DNA from: an uncultured bacterium
GTDB taxonomy: Bacteria > B130-G9
Assembly (NCBI GenBank): GCA_965372715.1
Contig: CBDVDH010000038.1
Coordinates: 1 to 37,818, forward strand
Reading direction: 5' to 3'
DNA: 37,818 bases
Position numbers and translations under genes: made by a program. Below the pieces are notes generated by a model that was not told the origin of the DNA, did not search any database, and saw only the letters and a program-made list of their open reading frames with translations. Shown in pieces: positions 28,228 through 37,467 of this stretch (the first letter of the stretch is position 1; each line of letters begins with the position of its first letter).

Positions 28228-28860
28228 CTAGTCACCCGTTGCTGCGGGCCCGGTGTTGGCCGACTTGAAAAATATGTCCATGATGAATGATGCGCGTTTA
28301 TCGGCGTCCGCAGTGTCACCATCTGCCTTCGACCTCGAGAGATAGGTCTCAACCGTGCTCAAGAGCGCAAGCGCCTTGCCCCCAGCGCTCGAAGACCCAA
28401 GATGTCCCTCTTCTATCCAGCGCCGCAACTCGCTCTCCGCGTGCTCCACGTAGCTCGCAATGCGAGCCTTCATCCGAGCGTGAAGCTCTTCCCCAGGTTC
28501 ATGTGCAAGCGCAGACTTCTCTGCCATATAAATCTTGAAAAAATGCGTGTTCTGCTGAAAAAACTGCAAATGGTGCGAGACAAAACGCACTACAGCCTTG
28601 TGCCAATCGAGCTTCATCTCGCTTATCTGGGCGAGGCCCTCCTGAAGCCTCGAAAGCTTCTCATCAATAATCGAGGAATAAAGGTCACGCTTGCTGTTGA
28701 AGAACTTGTATAGAGTGGACATCCCGAATTCCGACTCTCTGGCGACCTCACCCATAGTGGCGGCAGAAAAGCCTTTGCGAGCAAAAATCTCCTCCGCCAC
28801 ATCAAGTATGCTCTTGCGCCTCGTGCGCCTTTCTCTTTCTTTGCGTCCAATTCTCTCCAT
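28228..28860 (-). CDS. TetR/AcrR family transcriptional regulator
   Basis: ILDVAEEIFARKGFSAATMGEVARESEFGMSTLYKFFNSK HTH; ATG 28860 after GAAGG. Confidence 0.93.
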   Translation of the reverse strand: MERIGRKERERRTRRKSILDVAEEIFARKGFSAATMGEVARESEFGMSTLYKFFNSKRDLYSSIIDEKLSRLQEGLAQISEMKLDWHKAVVRFVSHHLQFFQQNTHFFKIYMAEKSALAHEPGEELHARMKARIASYVEHAESELRRWIEEGHLGSSSAGGKALALLSTVETYLSRSKADGDTADADKRASFIMDIFFKSANTGPAATGD

Positions 28861-28919
28861 GCCTTCATCGACCCTTTCACAACGGATAATCAACTTCGGA
28901 TCAAAACCAATTGCGCACC

Positions 28920-28935
28920 TGGAATATCTATTCCA
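28920..28935. promoter_or_regulatory. Candidate TetR operator TGGAATA-N2-TATTCCA (copy 1)
   Basis: Perfect 7-bp inverted repeat just downstream of a TATTAT -10 element on the minus strand. Confidence 0.7.
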
Positions 28936-29128
28936 AAAGGATAATACCCATTCCAATCATAATGTTAAACACGTTCTTGCCACTTTAGTTCCCGCTCGCC
29001 AGTTGCCGGGTGTCCCTCTTGCTGCGCCTTATGTGCCTTACTCTTTCTTTGCGTCCAATTCTCTCCGTGCCTTCATCGACCCTTTCACAACGGACAATCA
29101 ACTTCAGATGAAAACCAATTGCACACTT

Positions 29129-29178
29129 TGGAATAACTATTCCATAAGGATAATACTCATTCCCACATACAGTGTAAA
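29129..29178 (-). promoter_or_regulatory. Sigma70 promoter TTTACA-N17-TATTAT plus operator copy 2 (29129-29144)
   Basis: Minus strand tttaca ctgtatgtgggaatgag tattat, followed by tggaatagttattcca. Confidence 0.65.
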
Positions 29179-29400
29179 GCTATTCTTGGGTGAGTCTTCT
29201 CAGAGGGGAAACAGCCGAAAAAGATAAGATGGGAGTTTACGTTCGCTGCCGCTACAGCGGGCGATAGAAGCGAAAGGGAAACAGTAATCTCTTTCACAGA
29301 ACGTAGTTATTGGAGAACAGGCTAGAAAGCAAACCACCGCTGGCCTATCCCGGTCAGGATGGTCTCTCTGTGGAACTTGCGGAACAGGAGGCCACCCAAT

Positions 29401-29434
29401 GCCCGCCACTCGTGCCCAGAGCTCAGTGGCGGGC
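29401..29434 (-). terminator. GC-rich hairpin downstream of iclR-like gene
   Basis: gcccgccact/agtggcgggc 10-bp stem; no clear U-tract. Confidence 0.35.
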
Positions 29435-29484
29435 TGCTAGCTTCTTAAATCAAACGCTGTCGTTGTGGTAGTCGAGACTACTGA

Positions 29485-30162
29485 CTAGCCAGTGGATTCC
29501 CCCAAGGAGACTGCCTTTTCCTTGCACAGCTGGGAGTATCTCTTGACCTTCTTGTCGTCGAGGCGGTCCTTCGGGACCATGATCGCAAGAACTCCTTTGA
29601 CCTCTTTCTTCTTGTCATAGACGATAGAGCTGATGCACTTGATCCGCTCGTCCTGGTGCGAAGTCGTGTAGTCGGTCGCAGGCATCGCGACTCTAGTTGC
29701 CAGATTGACCTTTTCGAGCTTGATGCCAAATGTCTCCTCTGAGATGCACTTACCGAGATACGACTGGAGTCGGATCGGGTGTGGCGTCTCCCTTTCAGAG
29801 ACAACAAGAAGCCCTGGAAATTCGGGACTAGCAACCGCAAATACAGCCGTTTCACTAGTCGCTGCGGCGATCTCATCCATAGCAGGCTCAATCTTGTCGG
29901 CAGCAAAGGACCTGCGCAGAACGACAGAGCCTAGAGCATGAGCCTTGGGGCCCGGCCTGTATGGTCCTTTCGGCTTCTGGATAACGAAATTATGCTCCTT
30001 CATAACCTGAAGGACGCGATGGGCAGTTGACTTGCTCAAGTCAAGTCTTTGGGCAATCTCACTGACTGTCATTGGCTTCTCGCTCCAGCAAACGAGCTCC
30101 AAAACGTTGAGGCTGTGAGACACCATAGGCAGTCCAGCGTATTGATCACTTACTCGTGCCAT
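29485..30162 (-). CDS. IclR family transcriptional regulator
   Basis: HTH MTVSEIAQRLDLSKSTAHRVL, YRPGP and ETAVFAV; shortened effector domain; AGGAG RBS. Confidence 0.88.
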   Translation of the reverse strand: MARVSDQYAGLPMVSHSLNVLELVCWSEKPMTVSEIAQRLDLSKSTAHRVLQVMKEHNFVIQKPKGPYRPGPKAHALGSVVLRRSFAADKIEPAMDEIAAATSETAVFAVASPEFPGLLVVSERETPHPIRLQSYLGKCISEETFGIKLEKVNLATRVAMPATDYTTSHQDERIKCISSIVYDKKKEVKGVLAIMVPKDRLDDKKVKRYSQLCKEKAVSLGESTG

Positions 30163-30398
30163 TTTGGTACTCCTGAAAGTTCCTCGGTTGATACAACAGT
30201 TTAGGCAATCCCACCTTGAGTTTATGTGTCACAATTGCTTACGTGTCATTATATGTTACGCACCTGACACACCGTAACACCTTATCTTCTTATATTCACC
30301 TTGCTCTTCACAAGTGTCAAGTCCTAATTGTCAAAGGAGTTTCCCCAAAAGGGGAAACGGCAGAAAAGGCGAAAAGGGAGAGGCGAGTGGTAGCCAGA

Positions 30399-30816
30399 AG
30401 GGCTTAGCCCTGACAATTATACGCATTTTTCAAGTTGGGCCGGTTTGCTTATCGGGTGTCGTATGTCGAATTCCCTGAAGGGGAATGACAACAGTAGCCC
30501 CGCGTTTCAACGCGGGGTCCCCGTCAGCCGAAACCAAAGTGCCGACCCTGAAGGGGTCGCACGAATGTTTGACATGGGGTCTTTTGTTCAGCCCCTTCAG
30601 GGCTGAAGATGTCTCTGTGTGCCATCGACCCCGCGTTGAAACGCGGGGCTACTCACGTTAATCCCTTTCAGGGATGGCCAAGCCCAAGTCTCCATTGTCT
30701 CCTACTCCACCAGCGCGAAGGCTCTCTACCAACTACCACCGGGACGACCCATCCGTGCATCCCTAAAGATAAACCTACCCCGAAGAATATGCGTACAATT
30801 GTTAGGGCTTAGCCCT
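30399..30816. mobile_element. Nested non-autonomous palindromic element (REPIN/MITE-like)
   Basis: Outer 28-bp IR (30399-30426 and 30789-30816, 3 mismatches); inner element 30472-30674 with a perfect 27-bp IR (30493-30519 and 30627-30653) and four ccctgaa(a/g)ggg units in mirror symmetry. Confidence 0.75.
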
Positions 30817-30853
30817 GTCCCTGACGAATCCGGGACAGCAAGGATTCCGCCTC

Positions 30854-30889
30854 AATAAAATAAGGGCGCGGCCCGGAGGCAGCGCCCTT
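30854..30889 (-). terminator. Rho-independent terminator of groESL
   Basis: aagggcgc/gcgccctt stem followed by attttatt on the minus strand. Confidence 0.75.
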
Positions 30890-30916
30890 CTCGAAACAGA
30901 CTTATCTTGCTGAACT

Positions 30917-32548
<1,632 letters not shown>

Positions 32549-32602
32549 TTAAGAGTAGTGTTCCATTTGCTTTTCGCTATTCAAGAAGAACCATCCTGCG
32601 CT

Positions 32603-32890
32603 CTACTGAAGAATGCCCAGAACCTCGTCTTCCTTCATGATGATGAACTCTTCATCATCAAGCTTCACCTCGCTGCCGGAGTACTTACCGAACAACACCT
32701 TGTTGCCGACTTTGAGCTCCATCGGGATGATCTTGCCCTGATCGTCCTTGCGACCCGGACCGACCGCCATCACCTCGCCCTGGCTCGGCTTCTCTTTCGC
32801 GGTATCAGGAATAATGATCCCGCCTTTCTTAACCTCGCCCTCCTCAAGCCTCTTGACTAGAACCCTGTCATGCAAAGGCTTAAACTTCAT
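32603..32890 (-). CDS. groES: Co-chaperonin GroES
   Basis: KPLHDRVLV, GGIIIPDTAKEKP, AVGPG and FGKYSG. Confidence 0.99.
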   Translation of the reverse strand: MKFKPLHDRVLVKRLEEGEVKKGGIIIPDTAKEKPSQGEVMAVGPGRKDDQGKIIPMELKVGNKVLFGKYSGSEVKLDDEEFIIMKEDEVLGILQ

Positions 32891-32939
32891 AAGCAGACCT
32901 CCTTTAGTTAGTAATTGTTAGAACTTGTTCCCATTTTCA

Positions 32940-32966
32940 TTAGCACTCACTATCATTGAGTGCTAA
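32940..32966. promoter_or_regulatory. CIRCE element (HrcA operator)
   Basis: Perfect TTAGCACTC-N9-GAGTGCTAA upstream of groES; TTGACA -35 on the minus strand at 32989-32994. Confidence 0.97.
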
Positions 32967-33129
32967 TAACAACACACCACAAAACTACTGTCAACACGAA
33001 CTTTGGAAATCTCAACAGAGGCTAGCTCTCACCTTCCGTACTGGCAAACAACCAGCAAACCCTACGGTTCCAACGCCGTCAACATCCCTTGGTCGAGCCA
33101 GCGACTACGCATGGGGAGTATTTGCAGCT

Positions 33130-33272
33130 AACCACAAAGGCACAAAGAAAAGAGGAAGGATGAGGCTTCCGGCAGCTTGTTTCACTTAAGTCAGCGATTG
33201 GTGGTCCGGCTAAACCTGCCGCTTGGTTCCGGCTTTCCCCCGTGTTTCGTGCCTTTGCCTTTCGTCTTGCTG
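33130..33272. repeat. 9-mer palindromic-arm repeat, degenerate
   Basis: aaccacaaaggcacaaag at 33130 is identical to the copy at about 24715; degenerate inverse arm cgtgtttcgtgcctttg at about 33241. Confidence 0.6.
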
Positions 33273-33288
33273 GAATCGTCCCCCTGGC

Positions 33289-33630
33289 TCATGGCTCGTC
33301 TGGGGGCACCAAGGGTTCGATCAGTCGAACGAGTTCAGGTATGTCCTTCTTTACGACGTCCCAGACTTTTTCAGGGATCATCCGGAAGTATTCGTGCACC
33401 AAACGATGGCGCATGCCGACGATCTCGTGCCACGGGATTTCGCGGTGGTCTTCCTTGAATTCAGGCGAGACCTTGCGCGCTGCCTCGCCAACAATCTGGA
33501 TGAGGCGCATCAAGGCGTGCTGTAAGACCTTGTCGTCGTCGAAGTTCTCCTGCGATACTCCTTCGGTGAAATCACAGATATCTTTGGCCGCGAGCAACAT
33601 ATCAAGCACGTATGCCTCATCACGCCACAT
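33289..33630 (-). CDS. HEPN (DUF86/HepT-like) RNase toxin, intact motif
   Basis: IVGEAA, IPW and RHRLVHEY (RX4HXY); overlaps the upstream MNT stop. Confidence 0.92.
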   Translation of the reverse strand: MWRDEAYVLDMLLAAKDICDFTEGVSQENFDDDKVLQHALMRLIQIVGEAARKVSPEFKEDHREIPWHEIVGMRHRLVHEYFRMIPEKVWDVVKKDIPELVRLIEPLVPPDEP

Positions 33631-33934
33631 GGATAGGTTCCAGTGAACTTAGAATGTGACGGCGGCGAATATAGTTCCTACTAGCCTCGACGGACGTGCG
33701 CGTAACCAGGTCAACCTTCCGCCCGAGGAGTTCACCGACCTCGTCCTCCATGTGGACCATGTCGAACAGGCCCCAGTCAGCGTCTTCAGCGAAGCTGACA
33801 AGGACATCTACGTCGCTTTGGGGAGCGAAGTCTTCCCGCAGGACAGAGCCGAACAAGGCGAGCTCGGTGATCTTCCACTTACGGCAGAACTCCGCGATCT
33901 TCTCGCTGGGGATGTCAATTCCGACACTACTCAT
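33620..33934 (-). CDS. Minimal nucleotidyltransferase (MntA-like) antitoxin
   Basis: [16 protein letters not shown] (GSX10DXD) and GRKVDLV. Confidence 0.92.
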   Translation of the reverse strand: MSSVGIDIPSEKIAEFCRKWKITELALFGSVLREDFAPQSDVDVLVSFAEDADWGLFDMVHMEDEVGELLGRKVDLVTRTSVEASRNYIRRRHILSSLEPIHVA

Positions 33935-34046
33935 GGTCTGAATCCGTCCACTTCCAAGACCCCGCAAAGAAAGGTCATGCTATCTCCATCCTGCCATGCT
34001 CTTCCCGCATTGCATTGTCGCAAATGAATGCCGGCGGTCAATCAGG

Positions 34047-34409
34047 CTACTCCTTCGTCTCCGGCGGCAGCGGGGGCAGCAGAGGCTGCAGTTGCTCTAT
34101 CAAATGCGGGATCTCCTCGACGGCCAACCGCCAGATGCGCTCATGGTCAATCTCATCATAGTTCTGGATCAGAACGTTTCTCTGTGCGATGATTCTGCGC
34201 CAGGGTATTTCTGGGTGCTCGGACCTGAACAGAGGGCTGAGGCGGCGCGCGGCTTCCCCAATGATCTCAATGCGCCGCTCTACCGCTAGACGAAGTTCCT
34301 GATTGGCCCGGTATTGCTCCAGACCAACGTCTTTCAGCGATGCAACAAGCCCTTTTGCAGCCGTGAACATGTCCCAGAGGCTCGCGGCGTCTCCTCGCTC
34401 AAGCGGCAT
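34047..34409 (-). CDS. HEPN (DUF86/HepT-like) protein with His-to-Gln change in the RNase motif
   Basis: EIIGEAA, PEIPW and RNVLIQNY instead of RX4HXY. Confidence 0.9.
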   Translation of the reverse strand: MPLERGDAASLWDMFTAAKGLVASLKDVGLEQYRANQELRLAVERRIEIIGEAARRLSPLFRSEHPEIPWRRIIAQRNVLIQNYDEIDHERIWRLAVEEIPHLIEQLQPLLPPLPPETKE

Positions 34410-34704
34410 ACACAACCTGCTTCGTGCGTAGGATTTCGTATCTTCTGAACGGATTGCGCAGGGCCCGTTTCTCGACCAGGTCCACTTCTCGACCGAGCAC
34501 CCCTTCCAATTCCTCCTGCATATCCATCAAATGCCAAAGGTTCCAGCTGGCGCCTTCTGCGAAGCTGACCAGAACGTCGATGTCGCTCTCGGGGCCGAAG
34601 TCATCCCGCAGGACAGAGCCGAACAAGGCGAGCTCGGTGATCTTCCACTTACGGCAGAACTCGGCGATCTTCTCGCTGGGGATGTCAATTCGGAGATTGT
34701 TCAA
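34399..34704 (-). CDS. Minimal nucleotidyltransferase (MntA-like) antitoxin, second copy
   Basis: FGSVLRDDFGPESDID and GREVDLV; TTG start after GAGGA. Confidence 0.92.
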   Translation of the reverse strand: MNNLRIDIPSEKIAEFCRKWKITELALFGSVLRDDFGPESDIDVLVSFAEGASWNLWHLMDMQEELEGVLGREVDLVEKRALRNPFRRYEILRTKQVVYAA

Positions 34705-34915
34705 TAGCGGTCCTCGATCAGATTCTTACCCTTTTCTGGCCTGCGTTCATCTCAATCATAATACCTCAACATCTGGCCAGTTTGTCAACTTTCCCACCCT
34801 AATCAGGCCTGCAAGTAGGCAGCCTCCATTTGACTAAGCACGCGCCCTGAGGATAATCTCTACGCTCCGGCTATTGAATGGCTTGCGGCGGCACGAACAG
34901 TGAGGAGATTGAACC

Positions 34916-35773
34916 TTGCGTAGGGTACTGGTCATCGGTTCAAAAGGGATGCTGGGACGTGATCTTTGTGCCCGGCTTCGGCAGGACTTCGAGGTGCTTG
35001 AGGCAGACATCGACGAGGTCGATATCACTGACTTTGGCGCCACCCGCGAATTGGTCGCTGGTCTTAGCCCTGACGAGGTCGTTAACGTGGCGGCGTTTAC
35101 CGACGTTGACGGCGCTGAGAGCAAGGCTTGGTTTGCCTACGAGATAAATGCCGAGGGCGCAAGGAACGTGGCGAAAGCGGCTGCGGCGGTCGGGTCGCGA
35201 TGCACTTACGTCGGCACGGATTTCATCTTCGACGGCAAGAAAGGCTCACCCTACGTTGAGGACGATGCGCCGAATCCACAAGGCGTCTATGCCAAGTCCA
35301 AGCTGGCGGGCGAACTGAATGTCCAGAAACACGCTGACAGGTATTTGATAGTGCGGACGGCGTGGCTCTTCGGGATGCACGGCAAGAATTTCGTCGAGGC
35401 GATCATGAGGCGGGCAGAGACCGGCAACCTGCGGGTCGTCCGTGATCAGGTGGGTTGCCCGACGTTCTCGGTCGATCTGTCCGAGGCGATAGCACGGCTG
35501 CTCAGGACGGAAGAGACAGGCGTATTCCACTGCGCGGGCTCAGGCAGCTGCTCCTGGTTTGATTTCGCGAAAGCGATCGTCAAGACAGCAGGAATGGGCG
35601 AGGTGGAGGTCTGGCCGATAAGCTCTGCCGACCTCGATCGTCCCGCGCCTCGTCCGCCGTATTCGGTGTTGGACACCAGCAAGTTGTATCGGGCGATAGG
35701 CTTTAGGATGCCAACCTGGGAGGATGCGCTGAGGCGCTATCTGCGGCTCAGGAAGGAGCGGATTGGAGAATAG
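34916..35773 (+). CDS. rmlD: dTDP-4-dehydrorhamnose reductase
   Basis: GSKGMLG, AAFTDVDGAE, TDFIFDG, YAKSK, DQVGCPT and APRP.YS. Confidence 0.95.
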   Translation: MRRVLVIGSKGMLGRDLCARLRQDFEVLEADIDEVDITDFGATRELVAGLSPDEVVNVAAFTDVDGAESKAWFAYEINAEGARNVAKAAAAVGSRCTYVGTDFIFDGKKGSPYVEDDAPNPQGVYAKSKLAGELNVQKHADRYLIVRTAWLFGMHGKNFVEAIMRRAETGNLRVVRDQVGCPTFSVDLSEAIARLLRTEETGVFHCAGSGSCSWFDFAKAIVKTAGMGEVEVWPISSADLDRPAPRPPYSVLDTSKLYRAIGFRMPTWEDALRRYLRLRKERIGE

Positions 35774-35775
35774 AA

Positions 35776-36621
35776 TTGCCGGATAGGATCAGACTGATCG
35801 TCGCGGGCGCCTGCGGTCGGATGGGTCGGATGATCGTGGAGCTGGCCGCCTCTGACAGCACGTTCAAGATCGTCGGAGCAACTGAAAGACCAGACCACGA
35901 GATGATCGGGAGGCCGCTGTCTGAGGCGCTAGGCATCGCCTCGTTGGCGGACGCCGTGGTGTCGGCCCAAATGGCCCCGCTGCTTTTCCATGCGGACGTG
36001 ATAACTGACTTCACGACGCCGGGCGCCTCGATGGCCAATCTAACGCTGGCGGCGGAGCAGGGCAAGGCTATCGTCATCGGAACGACGGGCTTCTCTCCGG
36101 CTCAACTTGCAGGCATACGTCGGCGGAAAGACGAGGCCCGATGCGTCCTTTCGCCAAACATGAGCCGCGGGATGAACTTGATGTTCGTTCTGGCCAGAGT
36201 TCTGGGCGCGGCGCTTCCGGACTTCGACGTTGAAATAACGGAATCGCATCATCGAGGCAAGAGGGATTCTCCCAGCGGGAGTGCGCTCCGGATAGCGGAG
36301 AACCTGGCCGCCTCACGTGGCGTTGAGCTAGACGAGGTTGCCGTGTATGGCCGTCGCGGCAAGGAGCTCAAGCGGCCCCGGGGCCAGATCGGGATGCACT
36401 CGGTGCGCGCGGGCGAGATCGCCGGTGAGCACACGCTGCTCTTGGCTGGTCAAGGCGAGCGGCTAGAGGTTACACATCGCGTTGAGAGCAGGCGGACGTT
36501 TGCGGCAGGGGCGCTCTTGGCCGCGGAGTTCGTGGCCAAAGCTGAGCCCGGCATATACTCGATGGCTCAGGTGCTGAGGCTTGACGAGTTGGCTGACGCG
36601 GCGAGTTCCTTGACGAAATGA
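35776..36621 (+). CDS. dapB: 4-hydroxy-tetrahydrodipicolinate reductase
   Basis: GACGRMG, DFT, IGTTG, ESHHRGKRDSPSG and FAAGA. Confidence 0.95.
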   Translation: MPDRIRLIVAGACGRMGRMIVELAASDSTFKIVGATERPDHEMIGRPLSEALGIASLADAVVSAQMAPLLFHADVITDFTTPGASMANLTLAAEQGKAIVIGTTGFSPAQLAGIRRRKDEARCVLSPNMSRGMNLMFVLARVLGAALPDFDVEITESHHRGKRDSPSGSALRIAENLAASRGVELDEVAVYGRRGKELKRPRGQIGMHSVRAGEIAGEHTLLLAGQGERLEVTHRVESRRTFAAGALLAAEFVAKAEPGIYSMAQVLRLDELADAASSLTK

Positions 36622-36649
36622 GTCCTCGAAGGGAAGGCGGCAGCTGCGG

Positions 36650-37345
36650 TTGACAGCAAAGGCAGCAATCTTCGACCTCTACGGCACGCTGATCGACCTT
36701 TTTTCGTGGGAAGACCATCAGAAGCTGCTGTCAGAGATTGCGACGACGCTCGGACTTCCCTTCGAGCCTTTCTCGCGCCTATGGGCCAATACCTACCCTG
36801 AAAGAGTGACGGGGGCCTTTCCTGACAGTGAGTCCTACCTGTTGGACCTGTGCAAACGACTGCGAATTGTGCCTTGCGAAACCAGCGTCGAGGCGGCGGT
36901 TGAGATGATGAATGAGTTCACGCGCGGCCTGATGGTTCCCAGGCCGGACGCGGAGGAGACGCTGACGAGGCTCAAAGGGGCCGGAGTCAAGCTAGCGCTT
37001 CTGACCAACTGCGCGTGCGAGGTCCCGACGCATTGGAATCGGACTCCATTGGCGTCGCTCATGGATGCCCCAGTTTTCTCATGCGAGGCGGGAATCAAGA
37101 AGCCCGATCCCAAGGTGTATGTTCTGACGTGCAAGAGACTGGACGTTCAGCCGGGAGACTGCATCTTCGTCGGCGACGGCGGGAACGAGGAGCTAGACGG
37201 CGCTGAGGCCGTGGGAATGACTGCCGTCATGATCCGGACCCCGGAAGACGACCTCTATAACCCTCGCCGGACGGCGTCGGACGCCTGGCCAGGCCCCAGA
37301 ATCTCACGTCTGAGCGAAGTTTTCGATATTGCCCTCGGCGAATAG
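36650..37345 (+). CDS. HAD-superfamily hydrolase
   Basis: FDLYGTL, LLTN, GIKKPDP and FVGDG..ELDGA. Confidence 0.9.
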   Translation: MTAKAAIFDLYGTLIDLFSWEDHQKLLSEIATTLGLPFEPFSRLWANTYPERVTGAFPDSESYLLDLCKRLRIVPCETSVEAAVEMMNEFTRGLMVPRPDAEETLTRLKGAGVKLALLTNCACEVPTHWNRTPLASLMDAPVFSCEAGIKKPDPKVYVLTCKRLDVQPGDCIFVGDGGNEELDGAEAVGMTAVMIRTPEDDLYNPRRTASDAWPGPRISRLSEVFDIALGE

Positions 37346-37379
37346 ACGAAATTGGGGCGTCATACGCGTAAATGGCCAT

Positions 37380-37404
37380 GTAGGGGCGGTGCTTGCCCCG
37401 CCCT
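37380..37404 (+). repeat. GTAG-family REP between convergent genes
   Basis: gtaggggcggtgcttgccccgccct, nearly identical to the reverse complement of 2421-2446. Confidence 0.8.
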
Positions 37405-37467
37405 AAGAGACAGACGGATGCGGCTCGCCGCGCGCGCGAACGTCTGCCCTCTGTTCTCTGAAATGGG

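Larger units (their letters stand above)
28811..29180. repeat. Tandem duplication (about 160 bp, period about 208 bp) of the tetR promoter and 5' end
   Basis: ctctttctttgcgtccaattctctcc.tgccttcatcgaccctttcacaacgga occurs at 28833 and 29041, and similarity extends on both sides. Confidence 0.92.

Noticed and set aside
28861-28956. N-terminal extension of TetR from the ORF track, and ORF 28691-29227
   Set aside because: The extension runs through the promoter/operator; ATG 28860 has an RBS and fits TetR length. The plus-strand ORF merely reads the duplication.
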